Assembly (NCBI GenBank): GCA_965199855.1
Contig: OZ241326.1
Coordinates: 1,312,001-1,376,000, forward strand
Origin: a bacterium
GTDB taxonomy: Bacteria; UBA8248
Direction of reading: 5' to 3'
DNA: 64,000 nt
Part shown: piece by piece, positions 29,383 through 39,161 of the stretch
Layout of the letters: every line of letters starts with the position of its first letter
Numbering within the stretch: the stretch's first letter is position 1
Translations under genes and position numbers: made by a program
The notes under the pieces: model-generated
Database searches by the model: none
Told to the model about the DNA's origin: nothing
What the model saw: the letters and a program-made list of their open reading frames with translations, nothing else

Positions 29383-29569
29383 GCGGCCGGTTCCGGCTCC
29401 CTCCGAACCGTTGACGGCGCATGGGGGCGAACCGCCCCGCAATCCCTCCTCCCTGTCGCGCCCGTTTTGACGCCGGAGGGACGGAGGCGCGCGCCGCCGG
29501 CGCATTGCCCGCCTGATGGAAAAACAAAGGCTTAAGAGGTTTTTTTGATGAAAAAGGATGAAAAAAGCG

Positions 29570-29597
29570 TTGCATTTTCCGAAAAATCGGCTATACT
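29570..29597 (+). promoter_or_regulatory. Putative sigma70 promoter with AT-rich upstream region
   Basis: TTGCAT, N16, TATACT, preceded by A/T tracts at 29521-29566. Confidence 0.55.
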
Positions 29598-29671
29598 CGC
29601 CCGCTTTGTCGCGCCGCCTCCGGCGAAAGCGGGGCGCGCGCGCATCGGGCCGCCCACGCAGCGAGGACGAC

Positions 29672-29842
29672 ATGATCGAATTGAAGGATGACAGCGCAGC
29701 CGTTCTGAACCGGGAATTTTTCGCGGAGGCCGGAGACGCCCTCCCCGCCGATCTCGCCGACTATGACGCGCCGGACAAGGGAGCGGGCGAGTACGCCTCC
29801 ATCCTGAGCGACGGCGAGGGGGGAGTCGCCCCCGCCTCGTAG
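29672..29842 (+). CDS. Small acidic hypothetical protein (56 aa)
   Basis: GAGGA RBS before ATG 29672; own promoter and terminator; MIELKDDSAAVLNREFFAEAG... Confidence 0.55.
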   Translation: MIELKDDSAAVLNREFFAEAGDALPADLADYDAPDKGAGEYASILSDGEGGVAPAS

Positions 29843-29863
29843 CGGCGCCTCCCGTCGAGGGAG

Positions 29864-29908
29864 AAAAAGACGACGCCCGGCCGCTTCCATCGGCCGGGCG
29901 TCTTTTTT
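29864..29908. terminator. Intrinsic (probably bidirectional) terminator
   Basis: GACGCCCGGCCG-CTTCCAT-CGGCCGGGCGTC-TTTTTT with an upstream AAAAA. Confidence 0.85.
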
Positions 29909-29932
29909 CGGACAACTGAACCAAATCCGACT

Positions 29933-30288
29933 CTACTTGTTCTTGCCTTTCTCCTCGAATTTCACTTTCGGAGCCGGAAGGTCGCATTTCTTTCCAGCGG
30001 CCGGGTTCCTCAGAATCTTGTTGCCGCTTCCCTGCCCTTGAGGTCCATAAAGAACCAGGGAACCACGATCAAAGCCCCCACGATTCCCATCCCTACGTTC
30101 TTCCTGAACGTCTTGTTTTTCTCCTTCGTCAACTTGATGATCTCATCCTCGTTCGCCGCGATCTCCGCAACGAGACTCTTGCAGGAACGCTTCTCGTCTC
30201 CCGGTTGGTGCGTCGGAATCGTCCTCGGCGCCGACCCCGCGCATCCCGTCAACGCCAACGACAGCAAAACCGCCGTGACCCTTCGCAT
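29933..30288 (-). pseudogene. Lower-GC lipoprotein gene, apparently frameshifted or internally deleted near 30025
   Basis: Lipobox LTGC. The ORF stops at 30010, but another frame continues NKILRNPAAGKKCDLPAPKVKFEEKGKNK to TAG 29935-29933, just before the terminator. Confidence 0.55.
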
Positions 30289-30336
30289 CTCTATCCCGCC
30301 CTGTTTTCGGGACCGTTCCGTTTGGATAGCGGGGGC

Positions 30337-30412
30337 TGGTGGAGGTGAGGGGACTCGAACCCCTGACCTCGTGGGTGCGATCCACGCGCTCTCCCAGCTG
30401 AGCTACACCCCC
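30337..30412 (-). tRNA. tRNA-Ala(CGC)
   Basis: GGGGGTG/CACCTCC acceptor with G3:U70, A73, CCA. Anticodon arm CGTGG-ATCGCAC-CCACG, T-loop GTTCGAGTC. Confidence 0.95.
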
Positions 30413-30426
30413 ACAAGAGCGGACTG

Positions 30427-30456
30427 AAAGTAGGCGAAGGCGCTTCGGGTTGTCAA
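30427..30456 (-). promoter_or_regulatory. Sigma70 promoter for tRNA-Ala
   Basis: Minus strand TTGACA (30456-30451), N18, TACTTT (30432-30427). Confidence 0.65.
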
Positions 30457-30472
30457 GTCGGGCGCGGGCCCG

Positions 30473-30522
30473 AAAAAGGGAGCGCCGATGAAGACCCCCC
30501 CAAGGGGACTCCATCGGCGCTC
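30473..30522 (-). terminator. Intrinsic terminator downstream of nrdJ
   Basis: Minus strand GAGCGCCGATG...CATCGGCGCTC hairpin followed by CCTTTTT. Confidence 0.65.
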
Positions 30523-30674
30523 GGCCTGCCGCAGAGTCCGCCCGTTTCCCCCGCAGCAGAAAATTCCGTGTTCTATGAACGCCCTTGCAGCCTCCTTCCG
30601 GTGAGGGCCGGGGAGGAATCCTCCGAGGATTCTCCCCGGCCCTCGTCCCGCCGCAGAGTCCGCCCGTTTCCCCC
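30480..30674 (-). repeat. Tandem module: identical 25-nt motif plus 42-43-nt hairpin, two copies
   Basis: GCCGCAGAGTCCGCCCGTTTCCCCC at 30528-30552 and 30650-30674; hairpins at 30480-30522 and 30603-30644. Confidence 0.85.
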
Positions 30675-30691
30675 ACGACGGGGTTGTTTTC

Positions 30692-33600
30692 TCAGGAGCA
30701 TCCGCTCGTCGCTCCGCAGGTCACGCATTTGAGGCAGGTGCCGTTTCGCACGAGGGTGAACAGCCCGCAGTCGCCGCACGCCTCGCCCTCGTATCCCTTG
30801 GCGCGCGCCTCCTCGATCCCGGCCGAGGGCGCGGCGGAAGCGCCGGCGGCCTCCTCGCCGTAGTCGAGGCTCACCCGGTCGCTGCGCGGCGCGCCCATGT
30901 CCGGCCCCGGGATCATGGTCTGAATCTCGTCTTCCTCCTCGGCGTCGAACTCGGGCATTTCCTCCTCCGGCCGTCCGAGGGTGTCGCTCCTCAAGTCCTC
31001 CGGCGTCACCTGCGCGAGGTCGTGGCGTCCCAGGTAGGAGACGGCCAGCTCCCGGAAGATGTAGTCGATGATGGAGGTGCTCATCTTGATGTGCGGATTG
31101 CCCGCCACCATCCCGCCCGGCTCGAAGCGCGTGAAGACGAAGGCGTCCACGAACTCGTCCAGCGGCACGCCGTGCTGGAGACCCAGCGAGATGGCGATGG
31201 CGAAGCAGTTCATCAGGCTTCGGAAGGCGGCGCCCTCCTTGTGCATGTCGATGAATATCTCGCCCAGCGAGCCGTCCGCGTATTCCCCCGTTCTGAGATA
31301 GACCTTGTGGCCGCCGATGACGGCCTTCTGCGTGTATCCGCCCCGGCGGGTGGGCAGCTTGCGCCTTCTCGACTGGTAGATGATGCGGCGCACGATCTGC
31401 TGGGCGACGCGCGCGGGCGCGCTCTGTCCGTCCGCCGCCTTCTCCTCCCCGCCGGCCTCCTCCTCGCCGAAGAGCTCCGCCTCGCTCTGGGCGGAGAGCG
31501 GCTGGCTGAGCTTCGAGCCGTCCCGGTAGATGGCGATGGCCTTCGTCATCCGCCGCCAGGATTCGCCGTAGATGTCCAGGACGTCCTGAATCGTGGACTC
31601 GGCGGGCATGTTGATGGTCTTGCTGATCGCCCCCGATATGAAGGGCTGGGCCGCCGCCATCATCCGCACGTGCGCCGTCGGGCTGATGAAGCGCTGGCCC
31701 TCGCGCCCGCATTTGCTCGCGCAGTCGAAGACGGCGAGGTGCTCCTCCTTCAGGCGCGGCGCGCCCTCGAGCGTCATCCGCCCGCACACGTAGTCGTTCG
31801 CCTCGCTGATCTGCTCGGGCGCAAAGCCTATCGCCTCGAGCAGGTTCAGGCTCCAGTCGGCGATTTGCGCGTCGTCCAGCCCCAGGTGCTCGCGGCAGAA
31901 GTCCTCGCCCAGGGCGTATTTGCTGAAGGCGAAGGGCAGCTCGAACGCGCCGTCGAGGGCGGCCTCCGCCTTTTCGATGGCCTTGGCCGTGAAGCCCTTC
32001 TCGCGCAGGGACTCCGGGTTCACGTGCGGGGCGTTCGTGAGGGTGCCGCGCCCCCGGCAGTAGGCGACGATCTCCCTGACTTCCTCCTCGTCGTAGCCCA
32101 GGCGGCGCAGCGCCGCGGGAACCGACTGGTTGATGATCTTGAAGTATCCCCCGCCCGCCAGCTTCTTGAACTTCACCAGGGCGAAGTCCGGCTCGATGCC
32201 CGTCGTGTCGCAGTCCATCACCAGGCCGATGGTGCCCGTCGGCGCGATGACCGTGGTCTGCGCGTTGCGGTAGCCGCTGCGGTAGCCCATGGCCAGGGCG
32301 TCGTCCCACGCCTCGCGCGCGGCCTCGAGGAGGTAGTCGGGGCATACCTCCGCGTCGATTCCCGCGGGCGTCTTGGAGAGCATCTCGTATTCCGCCGCGG
32401 GCGCGGCGTAGGCCGCCCGCCGGTGGTTTCTCAGAACGCGCAGCATGTGCTCCTGGTTCTGCGGATACCTCTCGAAGGCGCCCAGCTCCTGCGCCATCTC
32501 GGCGCTGGCGGCGTAGGCGTAGCCCGTCATGATGGAGGTGAGCGCGCCGCACCACGCCTCCGCCTCGGGCGAGTCGTAGGGAATTCCGAGGATCATCAGC
32601 ATGGCGCCCAGGTTCGCGTATCCCAGCCCCAGGGTGCGGTATTCCCAGGAGCGCCTCGCTATCTCCCGGCTCGGGAACTGCGCCATCAGCACCGAAATTT
32701 CCAGGACGACCGTGAGCAGGCGAATCGCGTGGCGGTAGTCCTCCACCCGGAAGCGGCCGCTCCCGGCGTCCAGGAACTTCATCAGGTTCATGGAGGCCAG
32801 ATTGCACGCGGTGTCGTCCAGGAACATGTATTCGGAGCAGGGGTTCGAGCCGTTGATGCGCCCGTCCGCCGCGCAGGTGTGCCAGTCGTTGATGGTCGTG
32901 TCGAACTGGAGGCCGGGGTCGGCGCAGCACCACGCCGCGTAGCCGATCTGCTCCCAGAGGGCGCGCGCGCTGACGGAGGCGGCGACCTCGCCGTCGGTGC
33001 GGCGGATGAGCCTCCATTCCGCGTCCTTCGCGCCCGCCTCCATGAATTCGTCCGTGACGCGGACCGAGTTGTTCGAGTTCTGCCCGGAGACCGTGGCGTA
33101 GCCCTCGCCCTCCCAGTTGACGTCGAACTCCTCGAACTCGATTTCGGAGACGCCCTGCCGCGCGAGGTCGAGGGCGCGGCGGATGTAGGCGTCGGGAACG
33201 CCGGCGAGCCGGGCGGCGCGCATCGCCCGGGCGAGGGCGGGGTTGCGCGAGGGCTGGCGGAGGCTGCCGTTCAGCCCCGGGTTCTCCCCTTCCCGGCAGG
33301 CGGCGAGGATGGCGTTCATGTGCCGCCCGCACATCCTGCTTCCCGATACCAGGGAGGCCGCCTTCTGCTCCTCGCTCACCTTCCAGTTGATGAACTCCTC
33401 GACGTCGGGGTGGTCGATGTCGAGCGTGACCATCTTCGCCGCCCGGCGCGTCGTGCCGCCCGACTTGATGGCGCCCGCCGCGCGATCCCCGATCTTGAGG
33501 AAGCTCATGAGGCCGGAGCTGCGCCCCCCTCCCGAGAGCGACTCGCCCTCCGCCCGCAGGCTCGAGAAATTCGTGCCGGTGCCGGAGCCGTATTTGAAGA

Positions 33601-34270
33601 TGCGCGCCTCGCGCGTCCACAGGTCCATGATGCCGCCCTCGTTCACGAGGTCGTCCCTCACCGACTGGATGAAGCACGCATGGGGCTGGGGACGCTCGTA
33701 GGCGTTCACCGAGCGGAGGATTTCCCCCGTTTCGGGGTCGGCGTGGAAGTGGCCCTGGGCGGGGCGCGTGATGCCGTAGGCCCAGTGCAGGCCGGTGTTG
33801 AACCATTGCGGGGAGTTGGGCGCCGCCATCTGGCTGGCGAGAACGTAGAGGGTCTCCTCGTAGAATGCCCTCGCGTCCTCCTCGGCGTGGAAGTAGCCGT
33901 GCTTCCAGCCCCAGTACGTCCAGCATCCCGCCATGCGGTGGAACACGTCGCGCGCGTCGCGCTCGCTTCCGAACCGCTCCGCCTCGGGCAGGGCCGCGAG
34001 CTTCTCCTCATCCGGCTCCGAGCGCTGGAGCCACTCCGGCACGCCCTCCTCGGGAACCCTTCGGGAATGGACGGGCGCGCCCGCCTTCCGGAAATACTTC
34101 TGCGCCAGAATATCTACGGCGACCTGCGACCAGTGCTCGGGCGCGAGGATGTCCTTCGCCTCGAATACGACCGAGCCGTCCGGATTGGAGATGCGCGACG
34201 CGCGCGGGACGAAGCTGATGCCCCGATACGCCTCCTCGCCCGCCCGCGTGAAACGCCTCGTGAACCTCAC
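30692..34270 (-). CDS. nrdJ: Vitamin B12-dependent (class II) ribonucleotide reductase
   Basis: [51 protein letters not shown]-like domain and C-terminal C..C...C..C. Confidence 0.96.
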   Translation of the reverse strand: MRFTRRFTRAGEEAYRGISFVPRASRISNPDGSVVFEAKDILAPEHWSQVAVDILAQKYFRKAGAPVHSRRVPEEGVPEWLQRSEPDEEKLAALPEAERFGSERDARDVFHRMAGCWTYWGWKHGYFHAEEDARAFYEETLYVLASQMAAPNSPQWFNTGLHWAYGITRPAQGHFHADPETGEILRSVNAYERPQPHACFIQSVRDDLVNEGGIMDLWTREARIFKYGSGTGTNFSSLRAEGESLSGGGRSSGLMSFLKIGDRAAGAIKSGGTTRRAAKMVTLDIDHPDVEEFINWKVSEEQKAASLVSGSRMCGRHMNAILAACREGENPGLNGSLRQPSRNPALARAMRAARLAGVPDAYIRRALDLARQGVSEIEFEEFDVNWEGEGYATVSGQNSNNSVRVTDEFMEAGAKDAEWRLIRRTDGEVAASVSARALWEQIGYAAWCCADPGLQFDTTINDWHTCAADGRINGSNPCSEYMFLDDTACNLASMNLMKFLDAGSGRFRVEDYRHAIRLLTVVLEISVLMAQFPSREIARRSWEYRTLGLGYANLGAMLMILGIPYDSPEAEAWCGALTSIMTGYAYAASAEMAQELGAFERYPQNQEHMLRVLRNHRRAAYAAPAAEYEMLSKTPAGIDAEVCPDYLLEAAREAWDDALAMGYRSGYRNAQTTVIAPTGTIGLVMDCDTTGIEPDFALVKFKKLAGGGYFKIINQSVPAALRRLGYDEEEVREIVAYCRGRGTLTNAPHVNPESLREKGFTAKAIEKAEAALDGAFELPFAFSKYALGEDFCREHLGLDDAQIADWSLNLLEAIGFAPEQISEANDYVCGRMTLEGAPRLKEEHLAVFDCASKCGREGQRFISPTAHVRMMAAAQPFISGAISKTINMPAESTIQDVLDIYGESWRRMTKAIAIYRDGSKLSQPLSAQSEAELFGEEEAGGEEKAADGQSAPARVAQQIVRRIIYQSRRRKLPTRRGGYTQKAVIGGHKVYLRTGEYADGSLGEIFIDMHKEGAAFRSLMNCFAIAISLGLQHGVPLDEFVDAFVFTRFEPGGMVAGNPHIKMSTSIIDYIFRELAVSYLGRHDLAQVTPEDLRSDTLGRPEEEMPEFDAEEEDEIQTMIPGPDMGAPRSDRVSLDYGEEAAGASAAPSAGIEEARAKGYEGEACGDCGLFTLVRNGTCLKCVTCGATSGCS

Positions 34271-34340
34271 GCCCGCTCCCTTGAGGGCGACGCCGCCCTG
34301 TTGAAAGTCATCGCCATGAAAGCCCTCCGCCGCGTTCCCG

Positions 34341-34388
34341 GGGGCATATCTAGCGCTTCCGCATCAGTCAATGACACCAAATGTAGTG
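34341..34388. promoter_or_regulatory. Tandem NrdR boxes
   Basis: ACACCAAATGTAGTG (34374-34388) matches acaCwAtATaTwGtg and overlaps the -10. A weaker copy GGGGCATATCTAGCG lies at 34341-34355, 33 bp away. Confidence 0.7.
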
Positions 34389-34408
34389 CCTCCCTCCCTC
34401 CCTGTCAA
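34380..34408 (-). promoter_or_regulatory. Sigma70 promoter of nrdJ
   Basis: Minus strand TTGACA (34408-34403), N17, TACATT (34385-34380). Confidence 0.75.
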
Positions 34409-34422
34409 CCCCTAAAAAGAGA

Positions 34423-34486
34423 ATATGCACAAAATATATGATTTTACCCACACGTTATGCCCAAGTATTGTGGATTTTGTGGACAA
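34423..34486. promoter_or_regulatory. Cluster of five DnaA-box-like 9-mers
   Basis: ATATGCACA 34423, TTACCCACA 34444, TTATGCCCA 34455, and inverted TGTGGATTT 34469 and TGTGGACAA 34478; each 1-2 mismatches to TTWTNCACA. Confidence 0.45.
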
Positions 34487-34520
34487 GCGGGAACGAGGCG
34501 GCGATCCGGGCGCGCGCCAG

Positions 34521-34704
34521 GGAGGAAACTCGCGCGTGGGCGCGTTCTACAGCCTCGCGGCCGGCTCGGTGGAAAGGCGGCGCGTCTCCTCTCGCGTCGG
34601 GCGGAACATGCCGGAGCCGGTCCCGCTCATCCTTCTCGGGACGGCTCGCGGTGGACATCGGCTGGCGGGGGAGGGGCTTGGGAGCGGGCCTGCTCCTTGA
34701 CGCG
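34521..34704 (+). pseudogene. Internal fragment of a GNAT-family (TacT/AtaT-like) toxin with a frameshift
   Basis: RVGAFYSLAAGSV...RNMPEPVPLILLG, then a frameshift at 34638-34640 into RLAVDIGWRGRGLGAGLLLDA. No start, no C-terminus, no antitoxin. Confidence 0.75.
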
Positions 34705-34868
34705 GGCAGAGCGGGCCGCGTCCGCGCCAGAGGCCCGGCAGGTCGGAAGCGCCGGCCTGCCGCCCGCCGCCGCGCCGGGGCGGCCGCGTTTGGCAGGAGG
34801 ATGAAGCCTCTGGTCTAATGGCCGCGAACTTTCGTCCGAAAAAAGCGGGCGCGTCCGAAGGAGGGGGC

Positions 34869-36275
34869 ATGGCGGCGTTCGACCTGGCGATCATCGGCGG
34901 GGGGCCGGCGGGCTACGTGGCGGGCGTGCGCGCGGCGCAGCTGGGAGGGAGGTGCGTCGTCGTCGAGCGCGACGAGCTGGGCGGCACCTGCCTCAACTGG
35001 GGCTGCATTCCCAGCAAGAGCCTGATCGCCGCGGCCGAGGTGTTCCGGAGCGTCAAGCGCGCGGAGCGCTACGGCATCGAGATTCCGGGCGGGGCGCGCG
35101 CCGATCTGGCCGCCATGGTGGCGCGCAAGGACGGAATCGTCGCCGGGCTGGTGAAGGGAATCGGCGCGCTGTTCCGCGCCCACGGGGTGCGCCATGTCGC
35201 GGGCGAGGCGGAAATTTCGGCCCCCGGCGAAATCCTGGTCAGGAGAAGGGACGGCGCGCGCGAGGAGATTTCCGCGCGAAAAATCATCATCGCCACCGGC
35301 TCCCGTCCCGCGCAGATTCCCGCCTTGCCCATCGACGGAGAGCGCGTCATCTCCTCCGAGCAGGCCGTGCACATGAAGCGGCTTCCGGCGAGGCTGCTCA
35401 TCGTGGGCGCGGGCGTCATCGGCTGCGAGTTCGCCTGCCTGTATCGGGAGCTGGGCGCGGAGGTCGCCCTGGTGGAGGCGCTGGATCGCGTCCTGCCGCT
35501 TGGGGACGAGGACGTCTCCCGGCTCATGGAGCGCGAGCTGAAGAAGCAGAAAATCAACGCGCGCCTGGGCGAGCGGATAGCGCGCGTCTCGCGCGAGGGC
35601 GGCGAGCTCGTCGCCGCCCTGGAGGGGGGCGGCGAGATTCGCGCGGACACAATCCTCGTCTCGATCGGCCGGACGATGAACACCGCCGGCCTCGGGCTCG
35701 AGAGAATCGGGGTTCGCCTGGGGGAGCGGGGCGAGATTCAGGTGAGCGAGAGGATGGAGACGAGCGCCCCGGGCGTCTATGCGGCGGGCGACGTGACGGG
35801 CGACCCCATGCTCGCACACGTGGCCTCGGCGGAGGGCGTCGCCGCCGCCGAGAACGCCATGGGCGGGGAGGCGCGGATGGATTACCGGGCGATTCCCGCC
35901 GGCATCTTCACGCATCCCGAAATCGGCGTCGTCGGCATGACGGAGCGCGAGGCGGCGGAGGCGGGGCGCGAGGCGCGCGTGGGCCGCTTCCCGATGCGCG
36001 CCCTGGGCAAGGCGCAGGCCGAGCGCGCCATCGAGGGGGAGGTGAAGATCATCGCCGACGCGGGCGACGACGCCATCCTGGGCGTTCACGTCGTGGGCGC
36101 GCGCGCCGCCGAGGTCGTGCACGAGGCCGCCGTCGCCATGCGCAATGGTCTGACCGCCTCCGCGCTCGCGCGGACGATTCACGCCCACCCCACCCTCTCC
36201 GAAGCCCTCATGGAGGCTGCCCACGACCTTCACGGCGCGGCGATTCACGCCCCCCCGAGGAAGACGAGGCGCTGA
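34869..36275 (+). CDS. lpdA: Dihydrolipoyl dehydrogenase (E3)
   Basis: GGGPAGY, GGTCLNWGCIPSK, IATGS, GAGVIG, YAAGD, HAHPTLSE. Confidence 0.95.
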   Translation: MAAFDLAIIGGGPAGYVAGVRAAQLGGRCVVVERDELGGTCLNWGCIPSKSLIAAAEVFRSVKRAERYGIEIPGGARADLAAMVARKDGIVAGLVKGIGALFRAHGVRHVAGEAEISAPGEILVRRRDGAREEISARKIIIATGSRPAQIPALPIDGERVISSEQAVHMKRLPARLLIVGAGVIGCEFACLYRELGAEVALVEALDRVLPLGDEDVSRLMERELKKQKINARLGERIARVSREGGELVAALEGGGEIRADTILVSIGRTMNTAGLGLERIGVRLGERGEIQVSERMETSAPGVYAAGDVTGDPMLAHVASAEGVAAAENAMGGEARMDYRAIPAGIFTHPEIGVVGMTEREAAEAGREARVGRFPMRALGKAQAERAIEGEVKIIADAGDDAILGVHVVGARAAEVVHEAAVAMRNGLTASALARTIHAHPTLSEALMEAAHDLHGAAIHAPPRKTRR

Positions 36276-36713
36276 CTCGCCGGGAGCCGCCGCCCGAACG
36301 CTCCCGCGATCATCCGTTGCGGGAGATTGGAAAGATTGCCGGGAGGTTCACGTCGAACCCGACCGGCTTTTGATTCGCCGCGTGGAAGGAGGCGAATTGC
36401 GCCTCGTCCGAACCGGCTCCCGCTCCGATCTTTTCAAGGGATAAATCCTCACGGTCGCCCCGGCGGCTTTCCCCGCCCCGGTGATTTCCTGTTTATGCGA
36501 AAATGCGCAAATAGCGACAAATTCAGACAAATTCCCGTCCTTTTCAAAGCTATTTTCCGGCCATTTCCTGTCCGTTTTCCTTCGATTTTCTTCCGACTCC
36601 TTCTCCCTGGCGGGCGCGCACCCGCGGCGCCGCTTCCAGTCCGCCGAATATAACCCCTCTTGGCGGATCCTTGCCGCCCGCAAATGCGGGCAGGGGCGGG
36701 CAAATGCGCGCGA

Positions 36714-36729
36714 TGTTCCACGTGGAACA
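36714..36729. promoter_or_regulatory. parS centromere-like site (ParB binding)
   Basis: Exact palindrome TGTTCCACGTGGAACA (extends to 18 bp) in a non-coding region between convergent genes. Confidence 0.88.
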
Positions 36730-36786
36730 TTTTGAGGAGGGAGAAGCTGCGCTTCCCGGGCGTTTCTCCGGTGAAAAAGGCCGCGG

Positions 36787-37770
36787 CTAATACGGCACGT
36801 CGATGAGCATTCCCTCGCCCGAGCGCATGTCCTCCTCGAGGAGCTCGCGCATCGCCCGCGTCACGGGGCCCGGCTTTCCGTCTCCGATCCTCTGATCGTC
36901 CCACCGCGTGACGGGGGCTACGTATATCGAGCTCCCGATGAGCATCATCTCGGCGGCGGCCTTGGCCTCCGCCACGGGGACGTCGTCCACCCGCACCTCG
37001 CGGATGAGGCCGCGCTCCACGAGGCGCTCGGCGAGCTCGAGTAGCCGCTTCACGGTGCAGCCCGCGAGGATGTTGTCGAATTTCGGATGCCGCAGAACGC
37101 CCTCCGCCGTCACGAAGGCGCAGTTCATGTTCGATCCCTCGCCCACGAACCCCGCCTCGTCCACGAAAATCCCGTTGTCCAGCCCCCGCTCCTTCGCCTC
37201 CATCTGCATGAGCGTGTTGGGGAGGTAGTTCGTGCTCTTGGTGACGGCGTAGAGGGGCGGCTTGATGGGGTAGGTGGTCGTCATCACCCTCATGCCTTCC
37301 TCGTAGTAGCGCGCGGGATAGTCCAGACCGCCGAATATCATCACGAAGAAGCCGGGGCGGGCGTCCGCCGCCGGCAGCAGCCCCAGGTTTCCCGCCCCGG
37401 AGGAAGCCCAGTAGCGAATCGAGCCCTCGCGGCGGCCCGAGAGTGCCGTCGCGCGGATGACGATATCGCGCATCTCCTCGCGGCCGTGGGCGAGTTCGAG
37501 CTTCGATGCCCGCGCCGAGCGGAGGAAGCGATCCAGGTGGTTGTCCAGATCATAGATTCTGCCCTCCACGATGGCGGCGGTGTCGAAGACGCCGTGGCCC
37601 CGGTGCACCATGTGGTCGTCGAAGGGCAGCACCATGAGGGCGGGATCCGTCACCACGCCGCCCAGGTAGCTCGAGTAGAACGCCGAGAAATCGACCTGCT
37701 GCGCCTCGCGCAGGCCCTTGAGGCGCGTCAGGACGTCCTCGGCCGTGAGAACGCTGATGGTTTCCGCCAT
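36787..37770 (-). CDS. Class IV PLP-dependent aminotransferase (D-amino-acid/ADC-lyase-like)
   Basis: [45 protein letters not shown]. Confidence 0.9.
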   Translation of the reverse strand: MAETISVLTAEDVLTRLKGLREAQQVDFSAFYSSYLGGVVTDPALMVLPFDDHMVHRGHGVFDTAAIVEGRIYDLDNHLDRFLRSARASKLELAHGREEMRDIVIRATALSGRREGSIRYWASSGAGNLGLLPAADARPGFFVMIFGGLDYPARYYEEGMRVMTTTYPIKPPLYAVTKSTNYLPNTLMQMEAKERGLDNGIFVDEAGFVGEGSNMNCAFVTAEGVLRHPKFDNILAGCTVKRLLELAERLVERGLIREVRVDDVPVAEAKAAAEMMLIGSSIYVAPVTRWDDQRIGDGKPGPVTRAMRELLEEDMRSGEGMLIDVPY

Positions 37771-37968
37771 GGTCTTCTCCTTCGGGAGCGGGGCGAGGGA
37801 AATCCCCGGAATTTCAGGGAATCACGCCGGGGAACGGACTCGCGTCGCCCCCATGATGCCGTCTGGGTGCTTTTCGGGCAAGGGCCTGCTACATTGCGCG
37901 CCCGAAGGCGCGGTTCGCGGCGGATGGGGTTCAGTGGGGCGGGCGGGCTTGCGGGGAGCGGGGCGCGG

Positions 37969-39114
37969 ATGACGTCGGATGCGGCTTTTCTGAGCGACGA
38001 GCAGAAGATGGTGCGCCGGCTGGCGCGCGATTTCTGCGAGCGCGAGCTCGCGCCGCAGGCGGCGGAGATCGACGCCGGCCGCTTCCCGGCGGAGGTCATC
38101 CGGAAGATGGGCGCGCTGGGGCTGATGGGCCTCACCGCGCCCGACGCCTGCGGCGGAGGCGGGGCGGACCCGGTGTCGATGGCGCTGGCGACGGAGGAGG
38201 TATCCGCCGCGTGTCCTTCCACGAGCGCCATTTTCGCCGCGCACAACTCCCTGGTCTGCGAGCCGCTCCACCGCTACGGAAGCGAGGGGCAGAAGGACAG
38301 GTTCCTGCGCGGCCTGGCGACGGGCGAATGCCTGGGCGCCTTCGCCCTCACGGAGCCGGGGGTCGGCTCGGACGCCGCCTCGCTCGCCTCGACCGCCCTG
38401 CGCGAGGGCGGCGTCTATCGCGTCAGCGGGGTCAAGCGCTTCATCACCAACGGCAGGCAGGCGGGGCTTTGCCTTCTCTTCGCGGCGACGAACCGCGCCC
38501 TGCGCCACAAGGGGCTGAGCGCCTTTCTGGTGCCGACCGACGCCGAGGGCTTCGAGGTCGTCCGCAGCGAGGAGAAGATGGGGATGGGCGGCTGCTCGAT
38601 ATCGGAGCTCCGCCTGGACGCCGTGGAGCTGCCCGAGGAGAACCGCGTGGGCGAGGAGGGCGAGGGCTTCTCGCTGGCGATGCGCATTCTCGATTCGGGG
38701 CGCATCGTCGCCGCCGCCCAGGGCGTCGGCTTCGCCCGCGCCTGCCTCGACGCCTCGGCGGCCTACGCCCGCGAGCGCGAGACCTTCGGCGTTCCGATAA
38801 AGGATCACCAGCCCGTGGCGTGGAAGCTCGCCGACATGGCCACGCGCGTCCACGGCGCGCGGCTCCTCACGCTCCGGGCGGCGCGGCTCAAGGCGGCGGG
38901 GCGGCCCTACGCGGCGGAGGCCGCCGCCGCCAAGGTGTTCGCCACCGACGCCGCCCAGCGCAACGCGGAGGAGGGCGTCCAGCTGCACGGCGGCAACGGC
39001 TACATGCGCGAGTATCCCGTGGAGCGCTTCTACCGCGCCTCGAAGGTGACGCAGATCTACGAGGGGACGAATGAAATCCTCCGCCAGGTCGTCGCCAGGC
39101 ACCTGCTCGCCTGA
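37969..39114 (+). CDS. Acyl-CoA dehydrogenase
   Basis: [39 protein letters not shown]. Confidence 0.94.
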   Translation: MTSDAAFLSDEQKMVRRLARDFCERELAPQAAEIDAGRFPAEVIRKMGALGLMGLTAPDACGGGGADPVSMALATEEVSAACPSTSAIFAAHNSLVCEPLHRYGSEGQKDRFLRGLATGECLGAFALTEPGVGSDAASLASTALREGGVYRVSGVKRFITNGRQAGLCLLFAATNRALRHKGLSAFLVPTDAEGFEVVRSEEKMGMGGCSISELRLDAVELPEENRVGEEGEGFSLAMRILDSGRIVAAAQGVGFARACLDASAAYARERETFGVPIKDHQPVAWKLADMATRVHGARLLTLRAARLKAAGRPYAAEAAAAKVFATDAAQRNAEEGVQLHGGNGYMREYPVERFYRASKVTQIYEGTNEILRQVVARHLLA

Positions 39115-39161
39115 GGCCGCCTCCCCCGCCCGCAGCCTGAAAGGCGCTTGGAGAAGTCCTG

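Noticed and set aside
30528-30674. 25-bp direct repeat as a mini CRISPR array
   Set aside because: Only two copies, a 97-nt spacer and no cas genes; reported instead as a structured tandem element
34271-34340. Cobalamin riboswitch upstream of B12-dependent nrdJ
   Set aside because: The leader is short and lacks a recognisable B12 box; NrdR boxes explain the regulation
36327-36904. Short ORFs in the lpdA-aminotransferase gap
   Set aside because: No RBS or motifs, and mutually overlapping on both strands; treated as non-coding
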